From NCBI GenBank assembly GCA_963751455.1, contig CAVVUN010000015.1, positions 1,120,001 through 1,184,000 of the forward strand: a DNA stretch of 64,000 nt, read 5' to 3'. Of the stretch, positions 60,253-64,000 are shown one piece after another (positions within the stretch are counted from its first letter, which is position 1; the number at the start of each line of letters is the position of its first letter). This DNA comes from Nitrospirota bacterium (lineage in GTDB: Bacteria > Nitrospirota > UBA9217). The notes beneath the pieces are model-generated. The model had not been told where the DNA came from. It saw nothing but the letters and a program-made list of their open reading frames with translations, and ran no database searches. Made by a program: the position numbers and the translations under genes.

Positions 60253-60975
60253 ATGGAACGATTGTCTAAAAATGATATATTGGCCCTGGCCTCGGCCAGC
60301 GGAAATGCATCATACTTTGATCTTGCCAGTATGAACCTGAGAGGGGTGGAACTGCTCGGCATGTGTTTCGACGGCTCGAATCTCAAAGGCGCGGACCTGT
60401 CGAGTGCCAATTTCAGCGGGTCGAGTTTCAGGAATGCGGACCTCTCCGGCTGCAACCTGGGCAACTCGAACTTTACCGGCTGCTCGTTCGTAAAAGCGCA
60501 TTTCGACAAGGCAGACCTTACCCATTCCAGCTTCGTCGGAGCGGATTTTACGGAAGCCAGCCTTACGGAAGCCAATTTTACGAACTCGATGATCTCCGGC
60601 GCCGTTTTCGAGAAGGCCGACCTCAGCCGGGCCAATATTCAGATGGTGGATGGAGCGATGATCCGGTGCAGCGGAGCAGCCATGATGAAGATCCACGCAC
60701 GGAGCGCAAGCCTGATCTGCGCGATTCTGTCCGGATGCGATTTGCGCGGCGCGAACCTCCACGGCACCGATCTCAGCAGCGCAAACCTTTCCTCCGCTGA
60801 TCTGCGGGAAGCGGACATCCTCGATGCGACGCTGACCGCGGCTGATCTCACGAATGCCGATATTCGCCAGGTCCGTCTGAAGCGGACTGACCTTACGCGC
60901 GCAAAATTCGACGGCCTGAAGCACGATGAAGAACTGCGGGAACTTATCACGCGCTTTACCGGACGGAAAGCTTAA
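60253..60975 (+). CDS. Pentapeptide repeat protein
   Basis: Continuous A(D/N)L/F-xx pentads. Confidence 0.92.
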   Translation: MERLSKNDILALASASGNASYFDLASMNLRGVELLGMCFDGSNLKGADLSSANFSGSSFRNADLSGCNLGNSNFTGCSFVKAHFDKADLTHSSFVGADFTEASLTEANFTNSMISGAVFEKADLSRANIQMVDGAMIRCSGAAMMKIHARSASLICAILSGCDLRGANLHGTDLSSANLSSADLREADILDATLTAADLTNADIRQVRLKRTDLTRAKFDGLKHDEELRELITRFTGRKA

Positions 60976-61058
60976 CCGGAAAACGTGCAGCATAAACAGT
61001 ATAGGCCTGACTATAATGAATGTCAGCCGCCAGGAAATCATAAACATTGGGAGGACTC

Positions 61059-61262
61059 ATGGATCTGTTTGATCGGGTTGTCGGCATATTGAAGAGAACG
61101 AATGAGAAGGAAATTGCGCCCGAGGTAAAACCGGGACGCAATGAGCCGTGCTGGTGCGGCAGCGGAAAGAAGTTCAAGAAATGTCACCTTCCCGAAGAGG
61201 AAAAGAAGGCGACAGCGAACGCCTGTTCGCTTAACTGCGGCCCTGCCTGACACTCTTCATGA
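61059..61262 (+). CDS. SEC-C motif protein, possible C-terminal Sec (UGA 61248)
   Basis: GGAGG SD; [18 protein letters not shown]; ...[14 protein letters not shown]. Confidence 0.7.
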
Positions 61263-61446
61263 GCTGAGTTTCAGCTCGACTAACGTGAAGGGATGGTATT
61301 GAGGGTCCGGCCTTCTTTACTTTTTCCGTGTTCATGAACATTCCTGCCCATGCAATCTCCTGCATTGTTCTGCCGCAGCACTCTGTTGCATCAAATGTAA
61401 TTGCGGAACCACAGTAATTACCCTATAATCCTAATCCGAAAAAACA

Positions 61447-62391
61447 ATGCAGGAGGCAGCTATGCGTTCTGGTGTGAAAGCAGTAAGCTTCGACGTTCGT
61501 GTTCTGGTCCGGCTCTTCCTCGCGGCAGCGTGTGTCGTGACAGCTGTAAATGCTTTTGCTGCTCAGGCGTCTGCAGAGGCAAGGGACCTGGACGAAATCA
61601 TGAAGAGCGGAGTTCTCAGGCATCTCGGCGTGCCATACGCCAACTTTGTGACCGGGAGCGGCGACGGCATGGATGTCGAGATCGTCAGGAGTTTCGCCGA
61701 GTCGCTCGGGGTACGGTACGAATACGTAATAACGGATTGGGACGACGCGATCGGGGACCTTACGGGCAGCAGAGTGAGACCGAAAGGCGGCGAAATCGAA
61801 GTGGTCGCCTCCGTCCCTGTGAAAGGCGACTTGATAGCAAACGGCATGACCGTCATTCCCTGGCGCGAGCGGATCGTCGATTATTCGGTCCCCACCTTTC
61901 CAAACCAGGTCTGGCTTGTGGCTCGTGCCGACTCCCCCCTGAAGCCCATTAAGCCCTCGGGAAGCATCAAGAAGGACATCTCCCTGGTCAAGAGCCTGGT
62001 CCGGGACCGGTCGCTGCTGTGCAAGGCGAATACCTGTCTGGACCCCAACCTGTACCAGCTCGACGCTGCCGGCGCCCGGGTGGTCCTCTTTGAACGGTCG
62101 TTGAATGAGCTGGCGCCTGCAGTTCTGAACCGGGAGGCGGAAGCCACGCTTCTTGACGTGCCTGATGCGCTCGTTGCCTTGCAGAAATGGCCGGGCAAGA
62201 TCAAGATCATCGGACCGGTGAGCGAAGTCCAGAACATGGCGGTCGCCTTCCGGAAAGATGCACCGAAGCTGCGGGAGGCGTTCAACCGGTTCCTGATGCA
62301 GCTCCGCAGGAATGGAACGCTGCAGAGTATCGCGCTCAAATATTATCCCTATGTGACCGATTACTACGCGGATTTTTTTAAAAACCGCTGA
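61447..62391 (+). CDS. Periplasmic substrate-binding protein (family 3 / PBPb)
   Basis: DLDEI..SGVLR, G.DVEI...FA..LGV, GDLIANG.T..PWR...VDYS, VAFRK....LR..FN. Confidence 0.85.
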   Translation: MQEAAMRSGVKAVSFDVRVLVRLFLAAACVVTAVNAFAAQASAEARDLDEIMKSGVLRHLGVPYANFVTGSGDGMDVEIVRSFAESLGVRYEYVITDWDDAIGDLTGSRVRPKGGEIEVVASVPVKGDLIANGMTVIPWRERIVDYSVPTFPNQVWLVARADSPLKPIKPSGSIKKDISLVKSLVRDRSLLCKANTCLDPNLYQLDAAGARVVLFERSLNELAPAVLNREAEATLLDVPDALVALQKWPGKIKIIGPVSEVQNMAVAFRKDAPKLREAFNRFLMQLRRNGTLQSIALKYYPYVTDYYADFFKNR

Positions 62392-62445
62392 TCCTGCAGA
62401 ACCGGCGAAGCCTAATGACAATTACTATCAAGGAGGCAGGCGGCA

Positions 62446-64000
62446 GTGAAACTAGCCCGTAACCATAAGCTCGGCATCGTGATCGCCGTCATCGCTCTGC
62501 TGGCGTACGTGTCCTTTCTTCTCACCACTAATTATCTTTCGCAGAAAAACCTGAAGCAGACACTGCTCGAGCAGTTCCGGCTCGAGAATGAGACGCACGC
62601 CACGGAAATCTCTTATTTTTTTTCCGAACGCCGCGAAGATTTGAGGAACCTGACTTTGTCTCGCGAGGTTGCGGTCTTCTTCGAGAACCGCGCACTCGGC
62701 ATGAGCATGGAATACGGGTTGAAACAGAGCTTGCCTCCGATCAAGAACCTGTTCGTTTCCCTGATTGATCGCGCCCGCATCGGTAAGGAGTCAGCGTATC
62801 TCCAGATCGTGCTTCTTGACGAAAACGGCGATCTTCTCGTCCAGGTTGCGGCGCCCGGCCGGGCGCGAGTACTGACGGCTGGGGAAAAAGAGTACAACAG
62901 CCCTGACTATCCCGCCGGGATGGTAATTGCCGAGGACCGCGACAGGACGATCGTGATCACGACATCATATTTTTTCAAGGGAAAGCATTCAGGCGGGATC
63001 ATTGCCTGGATCAACCCGAACTATGTCGCCGAACACGTAGTTAAACCCAGAGACCATCATCCGGAGCAGACACCCAGTCTCGTGACCGCGAGCAAGACCG
63101 TCTATATTCATGCGGATAGATCGAGCGTGTCCGGTTTCCCGGACCGACTGAGCGATCATCCCCTGCGGTTCGAGGAGCGACGGCCCGGGGAAAAGGCAAA
63201 GGACATGATCTCTTTGGCCTCACTGGTGAAAGACACGCCGTTCTTTCTTGTTTCCCGGGTGCCGGCCCAGACCGTAGTCGGTGGACTCGAGCCGGGGGGC
63301 TTCTCGCCGGCATGGGGATACTCGCGCTTGTGATCATCGGCGGGGGCCTGGCCACAGTCAGGGTCATGACCCGTACGGTGCTTCTCCAGACCAGGCTGGA
63401 TGCTTCGCTCAGGCATGAACAGAACGTGCGAGAAAAGAACATCCAGCTCGAAAAGGAGATCGCCGAACGCAAACAGGCGGAGGAGGCGCTCCGGAACAGT
63501 GAAGACCGCTATCGCACTCTTGTCGAAACCTCGCCGGACGTGATTTTTACGGTCTCCCTTGGAGACGGCATCTTCCGGTCGATTAACCCGGTCTTTGAGA
63601 AGATCACCGGGTGGCCACGCACGGAATGGATCGGCAGGCCCTTCCTCGATATTATCCATCCCGACTATCGTGCGATTGCACTTGAAAAACATCGCGAAGC
63701 AATAAATGGGGCCGGCGTGATGCGGTACGATCTCCGGTGTCTCACCAGGTACGGGACGTGCCGGATAATCGAGGTGACGTCCGCGCCGCTTCCACAGAAC
63801 GGTGTCGTGTCGGGCAGGCTGGGCATCGCGCGGGACATCACGGAGCGGACCGTCCTCGAGGAGCAGCTCCGGCATGCCGTTAAAATGCAGGCAATAGGAC
63901 AGCTTGCGGGTGGCATTGCCCATGACTTCAACAATATTCTTTCCGTTATTATCGGAGCCTGCGATCTGGTTCTCCTGGACCTGCAGGAGGGCAATCCCGC
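62446..64000 (+). CDS. Membrane sensor histidine kinase (periplasmic-TM-PAS-HisKA), frameshift near 63298, runs off window
   Basis: N-terminal TM; second frame [48 protein letters not shown]. Confidence 0.82.

Noticed and set aside
60310-61047. Long antisense ORFs (also 9617..10567, 6679..7491, 46758..47708, 47775..48722, 61423..62421, 16845..17819)
   Set aside because: They are shadows of well-supported genes on the opposite strand in GC-rich DNA, with no motifs.

Overview
Bacterial chromosomal window, probably an anaerobe of Nitrospirota/Desulfobacterota type (inferred from gene content only). Housekeeping and signalling genes (diguanylate cyclases, HDAC-family deacetylase, AmmeMemoRadiSam A, polyprenyl synthase, trpS, Slt, NodIJ-like ABC, csp/HU/rpsU/RRM cluster, hybrid kinases) flank an integrase-less defence-type island (~11.6-30.8 kb) downstream of tRNA-Ala(CGC) and three 167-bp tRNA-linked repeats. 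The island holds a SNF2/DUF3883 helicase - DUF1156 methylase - DUF499 ATPase (BREX-related) operon with inserted cyclase-like + UvrD and nucleotidyltransferase cargo, plus RES-Xre and HicAB modules. The most striking observation is hidden from the ORF track. A MazG-like pyrophosphatase gene (13401-14365) has been cut into pieces by five short elements with ACCCCGTTAGAG...CTCTAACGGGGT inverted ends and unrelated interiors, and a GIY-YIG nuclease gene sits between two of them. The same ends disrupt or truncate other island genes, suggesting a GIY-YIG-associated mobile repeat system. Also found: a 42-bp mobile unit nested in-frame in the HDAC gene, several MITE/palindrome families, and three probable selenoproteins (one with two UGA codons, each followed by a SECIS-like hairpin). 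Several isolated frameshifts in ordinary genes are probably sequencing errors. All calls come from reading motifs by eye; no searches were run.
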